Origin: Candidatus Tenderia sp.
GTDB lineage: Bacteria; Pseudomonadota; Gammaproteobacteria; Tenderiales; Tenderiaceae
DNA length: 63,412 nt
NCBI GenBank assembly: GCA_031416075.1
Contig: JANOSY010000020.1
Span: 1 to 63,412, forward strand
Reading direction: 5' to 3'
In this document: piece by piece, positions 26,156-37,635 of the stretch
How positions within the stretch are numbered: position 1 is the stretch's first letter
Layout: the number at the start of each line of letters is the position of its first letter
Program-made: the position numbers and the translations under genes
Notes under the pieces: model-generated
The model's database searches: none
What the model was told of the DNA's origin: nothing
What the model saw: only the letters and a program-made list of their open reading frames with translations

Positions 26156-27445
26156 TTACTTTTCCTGTTCGCGGGCGACGGCGCGGTAGCCGATGTCGTG
26201 GCGGTAGAACATGCCGTTCCAGCGGATCTTTTTGCAGAGTGTGTAGGCGTTGGCCTGAGCCTCGCCAACGGTCTCGCCCAGACCCACAGCGCAGAGCACC
26301 CGGCCACCGGCGGTGACGACGTTGCCATCTTTGCTGGCGGTACCGGCGTGGAAGATTTTGGCGTCGTCGGAGTCGGCGCCATCCAGACCGTTGATCACAT
26401 CACCTTTTGGATAGTCGCCGGGATAACCAGCGGCGGCGAGCACTACGCCGAGGGCGGCGCGTCTGTCCCATTCAACCGTTGCTTGGTCGAGTTTGCCGTC
26501 GAGGGCGGTGTTGCAGAGGGCGACCAGATCTGACTTCAGCCGCATCATGATCGGCTGGGTCTCGGGATCACCGAAGCGGCAGTTGTATTCGATCACCTTG
26601 GGTGCGCCGCTGGCGTCGATCATCAGCCCGGCGTAGAGGAAGCCGGTGTAGGGGTTGCCCTCGGCGGCCATGCCGCGCACGGTCGGTTCGATGATGTCGC
26701 GCATCACCCGATCATGCACGGCTGGTGTGACGACAGGGGCGGGAGAGTAGGCCCCCATGCCGCCGGTATTGGGGCCGCTGTCGCCGTCGCCAACCCGTTT
26801 GTGGTCCTGGCTGGTGGCCATCGGCAGGATGTTTTTGCCGTCGACCATGACGATAAAGCTGGCCTCTTCGCCGTCGAGGAACTCTTCGATGACAACACGG
26901 GAACCGGCGTTGCCAAAGGCGTTGCCGGAGAGCATGTAGCGGATCGCATCTTCAGCCTCTGCCAAAGTCATGGCGACGATGACACCCTTGCCCGCCGCCA
27001 GACCATCGGCTTTGATGACGATAGGCGCGCCCATTTTACGCACGTAGGCGAGGGCCGGGTCGATCTCGGTGAAGTTCTGGTAGTCGGCGGTGGGGATCTG
27101 GTGGCGCGCCAGAAAATCCTTGGTGAAGGCCTTGGAGCCTTCGAGCTGGGCGGCATTTTTGGTTGGGCCAAAGCAGCGCAGACCGGCGGCGTTGAAGGCG
27201 TCGACCAGACCCAGCACCAGTGGCACTTCGGGGCCAACGATGGTGAGGCCGATGGCGTTGGTTTGGGCAAACGCCACCAGAGCAGCGATGTTATCCACGG
27301 CGATGGCGACGTTTTCCAGCTTCGGCTCCCGCGCTGTGCCGGCATTGCCGGGGGCGACAAATATCTGCTCTACGCCGGGCGACTGGGCCGCCTTCCATGC
27401 CAGGGCGTGTTCACGCCCGCCGCTGCCGATGACTAATACCTTCAT
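26156..27445 (-). CDS. purD: Phosphoribosylamine--glycine ligase
   Basis: [49 protein letters not shown]. Confidence 0.98.
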   Translation of the reverse strand: MKVLVIGSGGREHALAWKAAQSPGVEQIFVAPGNAGTAREPKLENVAIAVDNIAALVAFAQTNAIGLTIVGPEVPLVLGLVDAFNAAGLRCFGPTKNAAQLEGSKAFTKDFLARHQIPTADYQNFTEIDPALAYVRKMGAPIVIKADGLAAGKGVIVAMTLAEAEDAIRYMLSGNAFGNAGSRVVIEEFLDGEEASFIVMVDGKNILPMATSQDHKRVGDGDSGPNTGGMGAYSPAPVVTPAVHDRVMRDIIEPTVRGMAAEGNPYTGFLYAGLMIDASGAPKVIEYNCRFGDPETQPIMMRLKSDLVALCNTALDGKLDQATVEWDRRAALGVVLAAAGYPGDYPKGDVINGLDGADSDDAKIFHAGTASKDGNVVTAGGRVLCAVGLGETVGEAQANAYTLCKKIRWNGMFYRHDIGYRAVAREQEK

Positions 27446-27719
27446 GAATCTGCCTTTTTGTTGCCTATACCCTGGAAGGCGGCGATTTTACCGTATGCGG
27501 CGGGTGACGCACACCCTCAGTATGTCCGGCAGTATGTCGGGCAAAAGGGGTGCGTAATACCCATTTGTTATAGATGGTTGCCTTTATGCGGTGTAAAACT
27601 CACAATAACGGGGTGAAGAGGTCGTCCGTGTGCCGGTTTGTCAGGTAGGATGGGCCGTATGTATTTGGGTGTTAGGGTGGTTTAACACAGTGAAATGTGG
27701 ATATCGCGGGGGTGCGGAC

Positions 27720-30008
27720 ATGGTCGCAAATAGGAAGCTTTCTTGGGTGGCGTTGTTGCTGGCGGTGGGGTCGGTGCCGGTGGTGAATGCAGCTACGTTT
27801 GTTGTGAATACAACGGTAGACGCGGTGGATAGCGCCCCGGGCAATGGTAGTTGTGCGACCGCTGCCGGGCAGTGCAGCCTGCGTGCCGCGATTCAAGAGG
27901 CCAACGTACTGGCGGGGGCTGACGTGATCACTCTGCCGGCGGGCACGTATCGGCTTGATATCGGTGGCCAGGGTGAAGAGGCAGCGGCGAGGGGTGACCT
28001 TGATATAAGCAGTGAAATTGTGATTAACGGGGCGGCGGCTAATACCACGATTGTTGATGGCATGAAGCAGGATCGTGTTTTCCAGGTTCATCGTGCGGGT
28101 GTAGCCACGCTGAATAAACTGGCCATTCGTAACGGTAGTGCCAATGTCGACGGGTTGGGCGGTGGGCTCTCCAACCGTGGTGGCACGGTGACGCTCAATG
28201 ATTGCAACGTCTACCGCAATATAGGCTCTGGTTTTGGCGGCGGGCTGGACAATAACTCCTTTGGTGGTCAGGGCGATGTCAGTAATTCGATGGCGCGTAT
28301 GACCGTTAACCGCTGCACCATCAGTGATAACGTGGTGTTGGGTAACGGTGGTGGGGTCTCCAATAATGACGGTATTTTGGTCATTAATGACAGCACTATT
28401 CGTAACAACTCGGGCGGCCAGTTTGCCTCCAACGTTCAGGGCGGGGGTATCTATAACTCCAGCGCGCTGCAGCTCCCCGGCGCTGGCGAGATGGCGAGTA
28501 TGACGGTGAACCGTACCTTGATCACAGGCCATAGTGTGCTGAGTGATGGTGGTGGTATTTACCACCTGATGGGCAATATGACGATCTCTAACTCCACCAT
28601 TAGTGATAACGAGGCCAAACGTAACGGTGGTGGCATTTTTATTGCCAATACACTGACGGCGCTCTCCACCAACCGTATTGTGCATACGACAATTACCGAC
28701 AACAGCGCCCACGGCAATGATACCTCGGAGCCACCGAAGGGGTTTGGCGGTGGTGGGCTGTTTAACGGCAACCCCTCTAATCCGAACGGGGCGGTGGTAA
28801 CTTATCTGGAGAACTCCCTTATTGCCGGTAATATGATTGGTGGCAACTGTTACAACATCGGCGTGCTGGAAAAGCAGGGTAACTTCATTGATGGCACCAG
28901 CTGTAATAATGCGGGTGATACATCGGGCAGGAGTTATAGCGCGACGGAGATTGGGCTGGGATTGCTGAAGGATAACGGCGGACCAACCCAGACCCATGGC
29001 CTGTTACCGGGCAGTTTGGCGATTAATACAGCGGTGACCGCGCTCTGCAAGCCGGTGGATCAGCGTGGTTATACCCGCCCGGCGTCTGGCTGTGATGCCG
29101 GGGCCTTTGAGGTTGAAGGGGTGGTGCCATCAACGCCGTTAGTGCCAACCCCCTCCTCTTCCGGGGTCTCCACCGATGGCCAGAACAGGGTGCCGCAGGC
29201 ATTCCCTATGCCCTATGTGGCGGTGGCGGGTGAGGCGTTGAACGGGGTCTTGAATGGTGTCGATTTTGACGGTGACCCACTGACCTATGAGATTGTGACT
29301 CAGCCAACCAAAGGCACTATCGGTTTGAGAAATACAAGCGCGACGGCCAACAATGTGATTCCAGGCAGCTTTACCTATGTGGCGGGTTCAGGGGCCACGG
29401 GTTCGGATAGTTTTACTTACAGGGTGTGTGACGTTATCAGCTGTTCCGAGCCGGCACTGATCTCGATTGTGATCAGCAACGGTGCAGCGGTCTCCGATAT
29501 TGGGATCACGTTGGCATCGGGGACGGGCACAGCATCCCCCATCACAGTATTGACGGGGCCAAGCCTGGATGTATTTGCCCCGACGGCAGATTACAACTAC
29601 CCACTGGGTGCGTTCTACTTTAACGTGGCGGTTAACGCCGGGGTGACGGCGGGCAGTGTGACGGTGACACTCAAACTGCCGGCGGCGGCCAGTATTGCCG
29701 CCAATGCGGTGATTCGTAAGCTGGATAACAAGGGGGTGTGGCGTACCCTGGGCAGTGTTCCAAACTCGCTGGAGTCAACCGGTGTGATTGACCGCAGTGC
29801 CAAGACGATTACGTTGGTATTGCGTGACAACGACCGTTTTGATACGGATCCGGCGGTGGGGAGAATCTCTGACCCCGTGGCGATTGCGGTGCCAAAAGTG
29901 GCGGCAGAGGAGAGCATTGCTGCCCGCCCCGCCAGTGGTGGTGGCGCTGTGGCGCTGTTTGGATTGGCAGCGTTGATGCTGGTAGCGGTGCGCCGTCGTC
30001 GGCATTGA
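27720..30008 (+). CDS. Surface protein: CSLREA-type N-terminus, beta-helix/choice-of-anchor Q, Ig/cadherin-like domain, GlyGly-CTERM
   Basis: Signal peptide; AATFVVNTTVD...CSLRAAIQEAN; GGGI repeats; LKDNGGPTQTH...DQRG...CDAGAFE; DFDGDPLTY; SGGGAVALFGLAALMLVAVRRRR. Confidence 0.9.
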   Translation: MVANRKLSWVALLLAVGSVPVVNAATFVVNTTVDAVDSAPGNGSCATAAGQCSLRAAIQEANVLAGADVITLPAGTYRLDIGGQGEEAAARGDLDISSEIVINGAAANTTIVDGMKQDRVFQVHRAGVATLNKLAIRNGSANVDGLGGGLSNRGGTVTLNDCNVYRNIGSGFGGGLDNNSFGGQGDVSNSMARMTVNRCTISDNVVLGNGGGVSNNDGILVINDSTIRNNSGGQFASNVQGGGIYNSSALQLPGAGEMASMTVNRTLITGHSVLSDGGGIYHLMGNMTISNSTISDNEAKRNGGGIFIANTLTALSTNRIVHTTITDNSAHGNDTSEPPKGFGGGGLFNGNPSNPNGAVVTYLENSLIAGNMIGGNCYNIGVLEKQGNFIDGTSCNNAGDTSGRSYSATEIGLGLLKDNGGPTQTHGLLPGSLAINTAVTALCKPVDQRGYTRPASGCDAGAFEVEGVVPSTPLVPTPSSSGVSTDGQNRVPQAFPMPYVAVAGEALNGVLNGVDFDGDPLTYEIVTQPTKGTIGLRNTSATANNVIPGSFTYVAGSGATGSDSFTYRVCDVISCSEPALISIVISNGAAVSDIGITLASGTGTASPITVLTGPSLDVFAPTADYNYPLGAFYFNVAVNAGVTAGSVTVTLKLPAAASIAANAVIRKLDNKGVWRTLGSVPNSLESTGVIDRSAKTITLVLRDNDRFDTDPAVGRISDPVAIAVPKVAAEESIAARPASGGGAVALFGLAALMLVAVRRRRH

Positions 30009-30040
30009 TATGAGCTAGAGATGTGCAATCAGGTTGTAAT

Positions 30041-30067
30041 AAAAAAGCCCGCATAGCGGGCTTTTTT
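30041..30067. terminator. Bidirectional intrinsic terminator
   Basis: AAAAAAGCCCGC-ATA-GCGGGCTTTTTT between convergent genes. Confidence 0.9.
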
Positions 30068-30090
30068 GTTGTCCCTGGCAGAAGAGGCTC

Positions 30091-31665
30091 CTAGTGGCGG
30101 AAGTGACGCATACCGGTGAAGACCATGGCGATGCCATGTTCGTTGGCAGCAGCGATCACCTCATCATCACGCATGGAGCCGCCGGGCTGGATCACGGCGC
30201 TGATGCCCGCCGCCGCCGCCGCGTCGATGCCGTCGCGGAACGGGAAAAAGGCGTCCGAGGCCATCACCGCCCCCTTAACCACCAGCCCTTCGTCGGCGGC
30301 CTTGATGTTGGCGATCTTGGCGCTGTAGACGCGGCTCATCTGGCCGGCACCGATGCCGATGGTCATGCCGTCGCGGCTGTAGACAATGGCGTTGGATTTG
30401 ACAAACTTGGCCACCTTCCAGGCAAAGGCGAGGTCACGCAGCTGCTGTTCAGTGGGTGCCAGTGTGGTTACTACCTTGAGTTCGGCGGGGGTGACCATGC
30501 CGTTGTCGCGGGTCTGCAGCAACATGCCGCCGGTGACCCGTTTGTAGTCAAGAGCGGGTTGGTTGCCGCCCCACTGGCCGCAGGCGAGCAGACGCAGATT
30601 CTTTTTCTCAGCGATGATATCAATGGCCTCATCACTCACGGTGGGGGCGATGATCACCTCAACAAATTGACGGTCAACGATGGCGCGTGCCGTCTCTGCA
30701 TCCAGCTGACGGTTAAAGGCGATGATGCCACCAAAGGCGGAGGTGGGGTCGGTCTGATAGGCGCGGTTGTAGGCGCTCAGCAGCGACTCACCGATGGCAA
30801 CACCGCAGGGGTTGGCATGTTTGACGATGACACAGGCGGGCACGTCGAACTGCTTGACACACTCCAGCGCTGCATCGGTGTCGGCGATGTTGTTGAAGGA
30901 GAGCTCTTTGCCTTGGAGCTGAATGGCGGTGGCGACACTCGCCTCTTGTGACTGGGCCTCAATATAGAAGGCCGCCTGCTGATGGGGGTTCTCGCCGTAA
31001 CGCATATCCTGGGCCTTGATGAACTGGGCGCTGAAGGTGCGGGGGAAAGCGGCGCGGTTGGCGCTGCTGTGGCCGCCGTCGCTGATGCTGCCGAGGTAGT
31101 TGGCGATGGCGCTGTCGTAGGCGGCGGTGTGTTCAAAGGCCTTGGTGGCCAGATCAAAACGGGTCTCGTGGCTGAGGACGTTACTGTTTTCGGCCATCTC
31201 GTCGAGGATCACGGCGTAGTCACTGGCGTCGACCACAATGGCGACATCCCTATGATTTTTGGCGGCGGCGCGGACCATGGTGGGGCCGCCGATGTCGATA
31301 TTTTCGATGGCGCTGGCCAGGTCACAATCGGGTTTGGCAACGGTCTGCTCAAACGGATAGAGGTTGACCACCACCATGTCGATGGCGTCGATCTGGTGTT
31401 CGGCCATGATCGGGTCATCAATGCCACGACGGCCAAGAATGCCGCCATGAATCTTGGGGTGCAGGGTCTTGACGCGGCCATCCATCATTTCAGGAAAGCC
31501 GGTGTAGTTGGAGACTTCAGTGACATTGACGCCGTTCTGGGTCAGCAGTTTGTAGGTGCCGCCGGTGGAGAGCAGTGCAACCCCCATCTGCTCCAGGGCC
31601 TGGGCGAACTCAACGATATCGCTTTTGTCGGAGACACTGAGTAATGCACGTTTGATGGTTGCCAT
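30091..31665 (-). CDS. purH: Bifunctional AICAR transformylase/IMP cyclohydrolase
   Basis: [43 protein letters not shown]. Confidence 0.98.
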   Translation of the reverse strand: MATIKRALLSVSDKSDIVEFAQALEQMGVALLSTGGTYKLLTQNGVNVTEVSNYTGFPEMMDGRVKTLHPKIHGGILGRRGIDDPIMAEHQIDAIDMVVVNLYPFEQTVAKPDCDLASAIENIDIGGPTMVRAAAKNHRDVAIVVDASDYAVILDEMAENSNVLSHETRFDLATKAFEHTAAYDSAIANYLGSISDGGHSSANRAAFPRTFSAQFIKAQDMRYGENPHQQAAFYIEAQSQEASVATAIQLQGKELSFNNIADTDAALECVKQFDVPACVIVKHANPCGVAIGESLLSAYNRAYQTDPTSAFGGIIAFNRQLDAETARAIVDRQFVEVIIAPTVSDEAIDIIAEKKNLRLLACGQWGGNQPALDYKRVTGGMLLQTRDNGMVTPAELKVVTTLAPTEQQLRDLAFAWKVAKFVKSNAIVYSRDGMTIGIGAGQMSRVYSAKIANIKAADEGLVVKGAVMASDAFFPFRDGIDAAAAAGISAVIQPGGSMRDDEVIAAANEHGIAMVFTGMRHFRH

Positions 31666-31740
31666 AGTGTTTTGTCCAGCAGTTGTGAGAGAACGGGCGA
31701 CCGGTGGGTCGCCGATGAAAAACAGGGGCTTGTGTTTGCT

Positions 31741-32028
31741 CTAGGCCTGATCGATCAGACCGTAGAGACGCAGTTTTTTACGCAGGGTGCTGCGGTTGAT
31801 GCCCAGCATCTCCGCCGCTTTGGATTGATTGCCTTGGGTATGGTCAAGTATGGCGCTGAAGAGTGCCTGTTCGACCTCGCCAATCATCATCTCGTAAAGA
31901 TTGCCAGGTGGTTGGCCATCGAGATCGGCGAAATAGTGGTCCAGCGCCGTCAGTGTGGCGCTGCGCAGTGGTTGTTTGCGCCGCTCTTTGACGGGCAAGG
32001 CAGAGATCTCTTTTACTGCGGCTGGCAT
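31741..32028 (-). CDS. fis: DNA-binding protein Fis
   Basis: LDGQPPGNLYEM...GNQSKAAEMLGINRSTLRKKL; downstream of dusB. Confidence 0.9.
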   Translation of the reverse strand: MPAAVKEISALPVKERRKQPLRSATLTALDHYFADLDGQPPGNLYEMMIGEVEQALFSAILDHTQGNQSKAAEMLGINRSTLRKKLRLYGLIDQA

Positions 32029-32032
32029 CTCG

Positions 32033-33019
32033 TCAGGCGGCCTGTTGTAGGTTTTGCTGTAGGTGCTCAAAGAAGGCCTCGGTCATTTTCAGTTGTTCTT
32101 GTATGGTATCCACCCGGTTCACGGCTTGACGGAAGCTGGCACCATCACGCTGCCCCTTGCTGTACCAGGAGATGTGTTTACGAGCCATGAGAACTCCCGT
32201 GCGCTCGCCGTAAAATGCGTAAAGATTGTGCAGGTGCCCCATCAGGATGTTGCGGACCTCGCTGATATCAGGCTCCGGCAGCCGTTCACCGGTGCGTAAA
32301 AAGTGCTCAAGTTCCCGGAAGATCCAGGGGCGTCCCTGGGCTGCCCGGCCGATCATGAGGCCATCAGCGCCGGTCTTCTCCAGCACCTGTCTGGCTTTTT
32401 CGGGGGTGGTGATGTCGCCGTTGGCAAATACCGGGATGTTAACAGCCTGTTTAATGGCGGTGATGGTCTCATATTCAGCATCACCACTGTAGCCACAGGC
32501 GCGGGTACGGCCATGGATCGCCAGCGCCTGAATCCCGGACTCCTGGGCGATGTGGGCGATGGCAACGCCGTTGCGGTTGGCGCTGTCCCAGCCGGTGCGG
32601 ATCTTGAGGGTGACAGGGATGGTGACTGCACCCACCACGGCTTCCAGAATCTCTTTGACCAGGATTTCATGTTGCAGCAGGGCAGAGCCGGCGGCGACAT
32701 TGCAGACTTTTTTGGCCGGGCAGCCCATGTTGATGTCGATGATCTGGGCACCCTGGTCGGCGTTGTAACGGGCCGCTTCGGCCATCATCCTAGGGTCGGC
32801 CCCCATTATCTGCACGGATATTGGGTCAGCTTCACCTTCATGGTTGGCGCGCCGTTTGGTTTTTTCGCTGCCCCAGAGCAGCGAGTTGGAAGAGACCATT
32901 TCAGACACGGCCATGCCTGCCCCCAGCTGTTTGCAAAGCTGGCGGAAAGGGCGGTCGGTAACCCCCGCCATCGGGGCAAGGACCAGGTTGTTTTTTAGTG
33001 TGTATGGGCCAATTTTCAT
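32033..33019 (-). CDS. dusB: tRNA-dihydrouridine synthase B
   Basis: LAPMAGVTDRPFR, DINMGCPAKKV, HGRTR, ARKH. Confidence 0.97.
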   Translation of the reverse strand: MKIGPYTLKNNLVLAPMAGVTDRPFRQLCKQLGAGMAVSEMVSSNSLLWGSEKTKRRANHEGEADPISVQIMGADPRMMAEAARYNADQGAQIIDINMGCPAKKVCNVAAGSALLQHEILVKEILEAVVGAVTIPVTLKIRTGWDSANRNGVAIAHIAQESGIQALAIHGRTRACGYSGDAEYETITAIKQAVNIPVFANGDITTPEKARQVLEKTGADGLMIGRAAQGRPWIFRELEHFLRTGERLPEPDISEVRNILMGHLHNLYAFYGERTGVLMARKHISWYSKGQRDGASFRQAVNRVDTIQEQLKMTEAFFEHLQQNLQQAA

Positions 33020-33094
33020 GGAGTTCACTTGGTGTTGGCTTTGGGCCAGGGGTGAGATGATACCGGCAAATAGAGGGAGGGGAAAGGGTTGCGT

Positions 33095-34129
33095 TTAGAA
33101 AAACGCAAACTCGAAACCCACAGCTTCTTTGCCCGGATCATCCAGTTCCAGCACGATATCAATGAGTTGCTGGGAGGGCATGCCCTGCTTCTGGTCGATA
33201 TCCGGGGTGAGATATTCATCGGGCGTGAAACGGCGGGTGGCGAGTACTTTGCCCATGATGTCGTGCAGGCTCAGCTCCATCAATGGAAACGCCTGTGGGT
33301 AGGGGGCCTTGCTGATGATGCGGGCTTTGACCTGAAGTACCTGTTTGCGGTTGGGATGGTTACGGATGTTACGTTCCGTCAGCGTTACCATCTGGGGCGA
33401 CTTGATCAGTGGAACGTCACAGCTAAACAGGCCGCACATAGTCTGTAGTGCGGGGCGCAGTGATGTTTTCTGGGACAGGCTGTCGAGGTTGAACCAAGCA
33501 TATTGGCTGACAAAAAGCAGTGCGAGCAGGGGGGTGGCGAGCGCCCAGAGCCAGACCTTTTTATGGACCGGTTGTTGGGCGTCAGGTGGTGGTGAAGTGA
33601 GTAGCTCTTGACTCCCCTCTTTACTGGCGGGCACCGATGGCGCGGGTGCAGCGCTGCTTCCTTCAAGTTCGATAATGGGGGGCGGCGTGACCTCTGTTTT
33701 TGGCGCAGGCCCGGCTTTTGACTCCGGCGGTGGTGTGGTGACCGGTGAAATCACCGTGGGCTGGGGTGGTGCCAGCCTTGTCACGGTGGTGGTGGGTGAT
33801 GCCGGTGCTGGTGCTGGCGTTTGTCTTGCCTTCACGGCAGCGGACGGCACCTCCGCTGGTATTAAGGCGGGTGTGAGTTTGGGGGTGACGATTGGCGCGG
33901 GCCTTTCACGTTTAACCGTGGGCTTGGGCGGTGGTGCCGGTTTTTTTCGAGGTGCCGAACTGAGCGCCGGAGGGACCGCCTGTGGGTGGGGCGGCTCATC
34001 AACCAGATGTTCCAATGCACTGAAGGTGCCAAAACAGCGGCCACAGCGAACACTGCCACGGGCAATTTTGAGTTGCTCGCTGGTGATGCGGAAGCAGGTG
34101 TCGCAGTGGGGGCAGTGTGTATACATCAA
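33095..34129 (-). CDS. Zinc-ribbon and DUF3426 domain protein
   Basis: CPHCDTCFR...VRCGRC; Pro-rich linker; TM; DUF3426 C-terminus; conserved prmA-DUF3426-dusB context. Confidence 0.9.
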   Translation of the reverse strand: MMYTHCPHCDTCFRITSEQLKIARGSVRCGRCFGTFSALEHLVDEPPHPQAVPPALSSAPRKKPAPPPKPTVKRERPAPIVTPKLTPALIPAEVPSAAVKARQTPAPAPASPTTTVTRLAPPQPTVISPVTTPPPESKAGPAPKTEVTPPPIIELEGSSAAPAPSVPASKEGSQELLTSPPPDAQQPVHKKVWLWALATPLLALLFVSQYAWFNLDSLSQKTSLRPALQTMCGLFSCDVPLIKSPQMVTLTERNIRNHPNRKQVLQVKARIISKAPYPQAFPLMELSLHDIMGKVLATRRFTPDEYLTPDIDQKQGMPSQQLIDIVLELDDPGKEAVGFEFAFF

Positions 34130-34178
34130 TACGCCATGTTATGAGTGAAGTAGTAATCGACCGACGGTGATGGTCTCT

Positions 34179-35069
34179 TTAGCGGCGTATTCCGTCAAGC
34201 CTGACCCACTCTTCCTGAGTGGTCATGGGGGCCATCTCAAACCAGTGCTGGTAACGCTCGCTCACGGCCTCTGCCTGTTCAATCAAAATGCCGGAGAGCA
34301 CTATCTGACCACCGGGTTTGACCAGTGCTGCAAGTTGCGGTGCCAACTCTATTAATGGGTTGGCGAGGATGTTGGCTAGCATCAGGTCGACCGGTTCGCA
34401 GGTGGGGCGGTTTTGAAACGGTTTTGGCAGGTAGGCCTCGATGCGGTTGTCGACCTGGTTCTTTTTGGCGTTGTCATGGGTGGCCAGGATTGCCTGCGGG
34501 TCGTGATCCACGGCAGTGACATGGGTGGCCCCCAGCAGGGCGGCGGCGACGGCGAGGATGCCGGAGCCGCTGCCAAAGTCGATGACCGTTTTGGCGATGG
34601 GTGGGTTGGCATCCAGCCACTTCAGGCAGAGCCAGGTGGTGGGGTGGGTGCCGGTACCAAAGGCGAGGCCAGGGTCGAGAATGACATTGACACTGTTGGC
34701 CTCTGTGGGTGTATGCCAGCTGGGGCAGATCCAGAGCCGTTCGCCGCAGCGGATCGGTTTGAAGTTTTCCATCCACGCCCGTTCCCAATCTTTATCTTCG
34801 AGCGGGTCAATGTGAAGATGGTGAAGGGCATCACTGCCAAGCCGCTGTTGGAGCAGTGTAGTGATCAGGACCATGTCAGCGTCTGTTTCAAACAGTCCGA
34901 TGACTCGGGTGCTGCCCCAAAGCCTTGTCTCGCCGGGGTCTGGCTCGAAGATGGGTTGATCTTTAGCATCTTCAAAGGTGACGGCCGCCGCCCCCAGTTC
35001 GCTTAGGAGTTCGCTGGCCTGTTCTGCCTGCTCAGGGGTGGTATCGAGTTTGAGTTGTAGCCAAGGCAT
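34179..35069 (-). CDS. prmA: Ribosomal protein L11 methyltransferase
   Basis: LDPGLAFGTGTHPTT, DFGSGSGIL, ANILA. Confidence 0.97.
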   Translation of the reverse strand: MPWLQLKLDTTPEQAEQASELLSELGAAAVTFEDAKDQPIFEPDPGETRLWGSTRVIGLFETDADMVLITTLLQQRLGSDALHHLHIDPLEDKDWERAWMENFKPIRCGERLWICPSWHTPTEANSVNVILDPGLAFGTGTHPTTWLCLKWLDANPPIAKTVIDFGSGSGILAVAAALLGATHVTAVDHDPQAILATHDNAKKNQVDNRIEAYLPKPFQNRPTCEPVDLMLANILANPLIELAPQLAALVKPGGQIVLSGILIEQAEAVSERYQHWFEMAPMTTQEEWVRLDGIRR

Positions 35070-35124
35070 AAGGGGTGTCTGGTGCTGGGAAGATTGGCGG
35101 GGGTGGTGTCTGCCCCGTGCCGGA

Positions 35125-36468
35125 TTACTTCATGCCCAGTTTTTTCTCCAGGTAGTGAATGCTGGTGCCGCCAGCGATAAAGGCGGCATCACGGACCATG
35201 CGACGGTGCAAGGGGGTATTGGTTTTGATCCCTTCGATAATCAGCTCATCCAGTGCTGTGCCCATACGTGCCAGGGCCGAGGCGCGGGTATCGCCGTGGG
35301 CGATCAGCTTGCCGATCATGGAGTCGTAATAAGGGGGCACGGTGTAACCACTATATATATGGGAGTCAACACGCACCCCAGGGCCGCCGGGGGAGTGGTA
35401 AACACCGATGGTGCCGGGGCAGGGCATAAAGGTGTCGGGGTCTTCGGCGTTGATACGACACTCAATGGCGTGGCCGTTGATTTTGATATCACTCTGTTTG
35501 TAAGAGAGTTTTTCGCCTGCGGCGATGCGGATCTGCTCTTTAACGAGATCGACGCCGGTGACCATCTCGGTGACTGGATGCTCCACCTGGAGGCGGGTAT
35601 TCATCTCGATGAAGTAGAACTCACCATTTTCATACAGGAACTCAAACGTGCCAACACCACGGTAGCCGATCCTGCGACAGGCCTCGGCACACACTTCGCC
35701 CATACGGCTGCGCTGCTCATGGGTGATGCCGGGGGCCGGGGCCTCTTCAATCACCTTTTGGTGGCGGCGCTGCATGGAGCAGTCGCGCTCACCCAGATAG
35801 ATGGCGTTGCCGTGGGTATCGGCCAGCATCTGAAACTCGATGTGGCGCGGATTCTCGAGGTATTTTTCCATGTAGACGGTGCTGTTGCCAAAGGCGTTGC
35901 CCGCTTCAACCTTGGTCATGGCGATGGCGTTGAGCAGGGCCGCTTCACTGTGGACGACACGCATGCCACGCCCGCCACCGCCGCCGGCCGCCTTGATGAT
36001 GACGGGGTAGCCGATCTTTTCCGCCAGCGCCAGGGTCTTGTCGTCATCCTCGTCAATGGGGCCGTCGGAGCCGGGTACACACGGTACGCCACTGGCCTTC
36101 ATTGCCTCAATCGCGGAGATTTTGTCGCCCATCAGGCGAATGGTCTCGGGTTTTGGGCCGATGAAGACAAAACCGCTCTCTTCAACACGTTCGGCAAAGT
36201 CGGCATTTTCTGACAGGAAGCCGTAGCCGGGGTGGATGGCGATGGCATCGGTCACTTCGGCGGCGCTGATGAGTGCTGGGATGTTCAGATAACTCAGGGC
36301 TGACGAGGCAGGGCCGATGCAGACCGACTCATCGGCCAGACGTACATGTTTCAGGTCGCGGTCGGCGCTGGAATGGACGGCAACCGTTTTGATACCCATC
36401 TCCCGACAGGCACGCAGGATACGCAGTGCAATTTCACCACGATTGGCGATAACAATTTTTTCGAACAT
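35125..36468 (-). CDS. accC: Acetyl-CoA carboxylase, biotin carboxylase subunit
   Basis: [48 protein letters not shown]. Confidence 0.98.
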   Translation of the reverse strand: MFEKIVIANRGEIALRILRACREMGIKTVAVHSSADRDLKHVRLADESVCIGPASSALSYLNIPALISAAEVTDAIAIHPGYGFLSENADFAERVEESGFVFIGPKPETIRLMGDKISAIEAMKASGVPCVPGSDGPIDEDDDKTLALAEKIGYPVIIKAAGGGGGRGMRVVHSEAALLNAIAMTKVEAGNAFGNSTVYMEKYLENPRHIEFQMLADTHGNAIYLGERDCSMQRRHQKVIEEAPAPGITHEQRSRMGEVCAEACRRIGYRGVGTFEFLYENGEFYFIEMNTRLQVEHPVTEMVTGVDLVKEQIRIAAGEKLSYKQSDIKINGHAIECRINAEDPDTFMPCPGTIGVYHSPGGPGVRVDSHIYSGYTVPPYYDSMIGKLIAHGDTRASALARMGTALDELIIEGIKTNTPLHRRMVRDAAFIAGGTSIHYLEKKLGMK

Positions 36469-36507
36469 AAATTCCCGAGCTTCCCTGATGATCTATTTAG
36501 TCACAAT

Positions 36508-36957
36508 CTATTCGATGATAAAAAGCGGCTCGCCAAACTCAACGGGCTGGCCGTTTTCAACCAGAACGGCGCTGACTTTGCCGGACTTGTCGGCTTCAAT
36601 CTGGTTTAGCATCTTCATCGCTTCGATGATGCAGAGTGTGTCGCCAACGGTGACCTGCTGGCCAATACTTACAAACTCTTTGGCACCGGGTGAGGCGGCC
36701 CGATAGAAAGTGCCCACCATGGGGGAGGTGACGGTATGGCCTGTTATAACAGGGCTTTCTAACACAGAGGCAGGGGCGGCTACGGTGGGCGCGGCTGCGG
36801 GGGCCATCGGGTGTGCCATAGGCATCATCGGCATGGCGGCTTGGCCGGTGGGGTAACGGCTGATTCGAACTGAATCCTCACCTTCGTGAATCTCGATCTC
36901 GGCAATGCCGGAATCTTCGAGCAGCTCAATCAGTTTTTTGACTTTGCGAATGTCCAT
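36508..36957 (-). CDS. accB: Acetyl-CoA carboxylase, biotin carboxyl carrier protein
   Basis: [12 protein letters not shown]; SPMVGTFY; EAMKM biotinylation motif. Confidence 0.97.
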   Translation of the reverse strand: MDIRKVKKLIELLEDSGIAEIEIHEGEDSVRISRYPTGQAAMPMMPMAHPMAPAAAPTVAAPASVLESPVITGHTVTSPMVGTFYRAASPGAKEFVSIGQQVTVGDTLCIIEAMKMLNQIEADKSGKVSAVLVENGQPVEFGEPLFIIE

Positions 36958-36977
36958 GTTTGATGTTTTAACCGTTG

Positions 36978-37430
36978 TCATGAGTGTTTGGGTTTGGATA
37001 GATAGTTAATGGCTGCCAATAGCGCCAGGGTGTATCCCTGCGCCCCTAAACCGCTGATGATACCCACCGCTATATCCGAAAAGTAGGAGTGGCGGCGGAA
37101 CGCTTCGCGGGCATAAACGTTGGAGAGGTGGACCTCGATAAAAGGGATGGCGACGGCACTCAGTGCGTCACGGATAGCGACGCTGGTATGGGTGAACGCA
37201 GCTGGATTGATGATGATGAAATCAACCTTCTGTGCTGTGGCCTCCTGGATATGGTCAACCAGTGTGTGTTCGGCGTTACTCTGGAAGCAGGTCAATTCGT
37301 GGCCCGCCTGTTGGGCGCTGCTCTGTAACTGCTGTTCGATGTCGACCAGCCGGGTCGCGCCATAGTGTGCAGGTTCGCGGTTACCGAGCAGGTTGAGATT
37401 GGGACCGTTGAGTAACAGAAACTTGGCCAT
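36978..37430 (-). CDS. aroQ: Type II 3-dehydroquinate dehydratase
   Basis: [15 protein letters not shown]; [11 protein letters not shown]; EVHLSN. Confidence 0.97.
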   Translation of the reverse strand: MAKFLLLNGPNLNLLGNREPAHYGATRLVDIEQQLQSSAQQAGHELTCFQSNAEHTLVDHIQEATAQKVDFIIINPAAFTHTSVAIRDALSAVAIPFIEVHLSNVYAREAFRRHSYFSDIAVGIISGLGAQGYTLALLAAINYLSKPKHS

Positions 37431-37635
37431 GAAACTCCTCAGTATGAACAGGGTCTGGATTGAATCATGTGAATGGGTTGAGTTAAGTACTGACAGACCA
37501 CTGCCCATCCAGTCGAGTGGGGGCGATTCTGTCATGTTTGGCCCGTTTTTGTCCAGTTTTTGTCTAAAGTTGCTGCGAACTTGTTATAACTCCCCTGCTC
37601 GTGCGCCCGTCGCCAGGACATAGACTGAGGTGGGT

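Noticed and set aside
26714-36213. Long antisense ORFs (26714-27436, 30094-30951, 32303-32998, 34978-36213; also 19546-20472 and 27672-28997)
   Set aside because: Shadows of well-supported GC-rich genes on the opposite strand, without motifs or RBS
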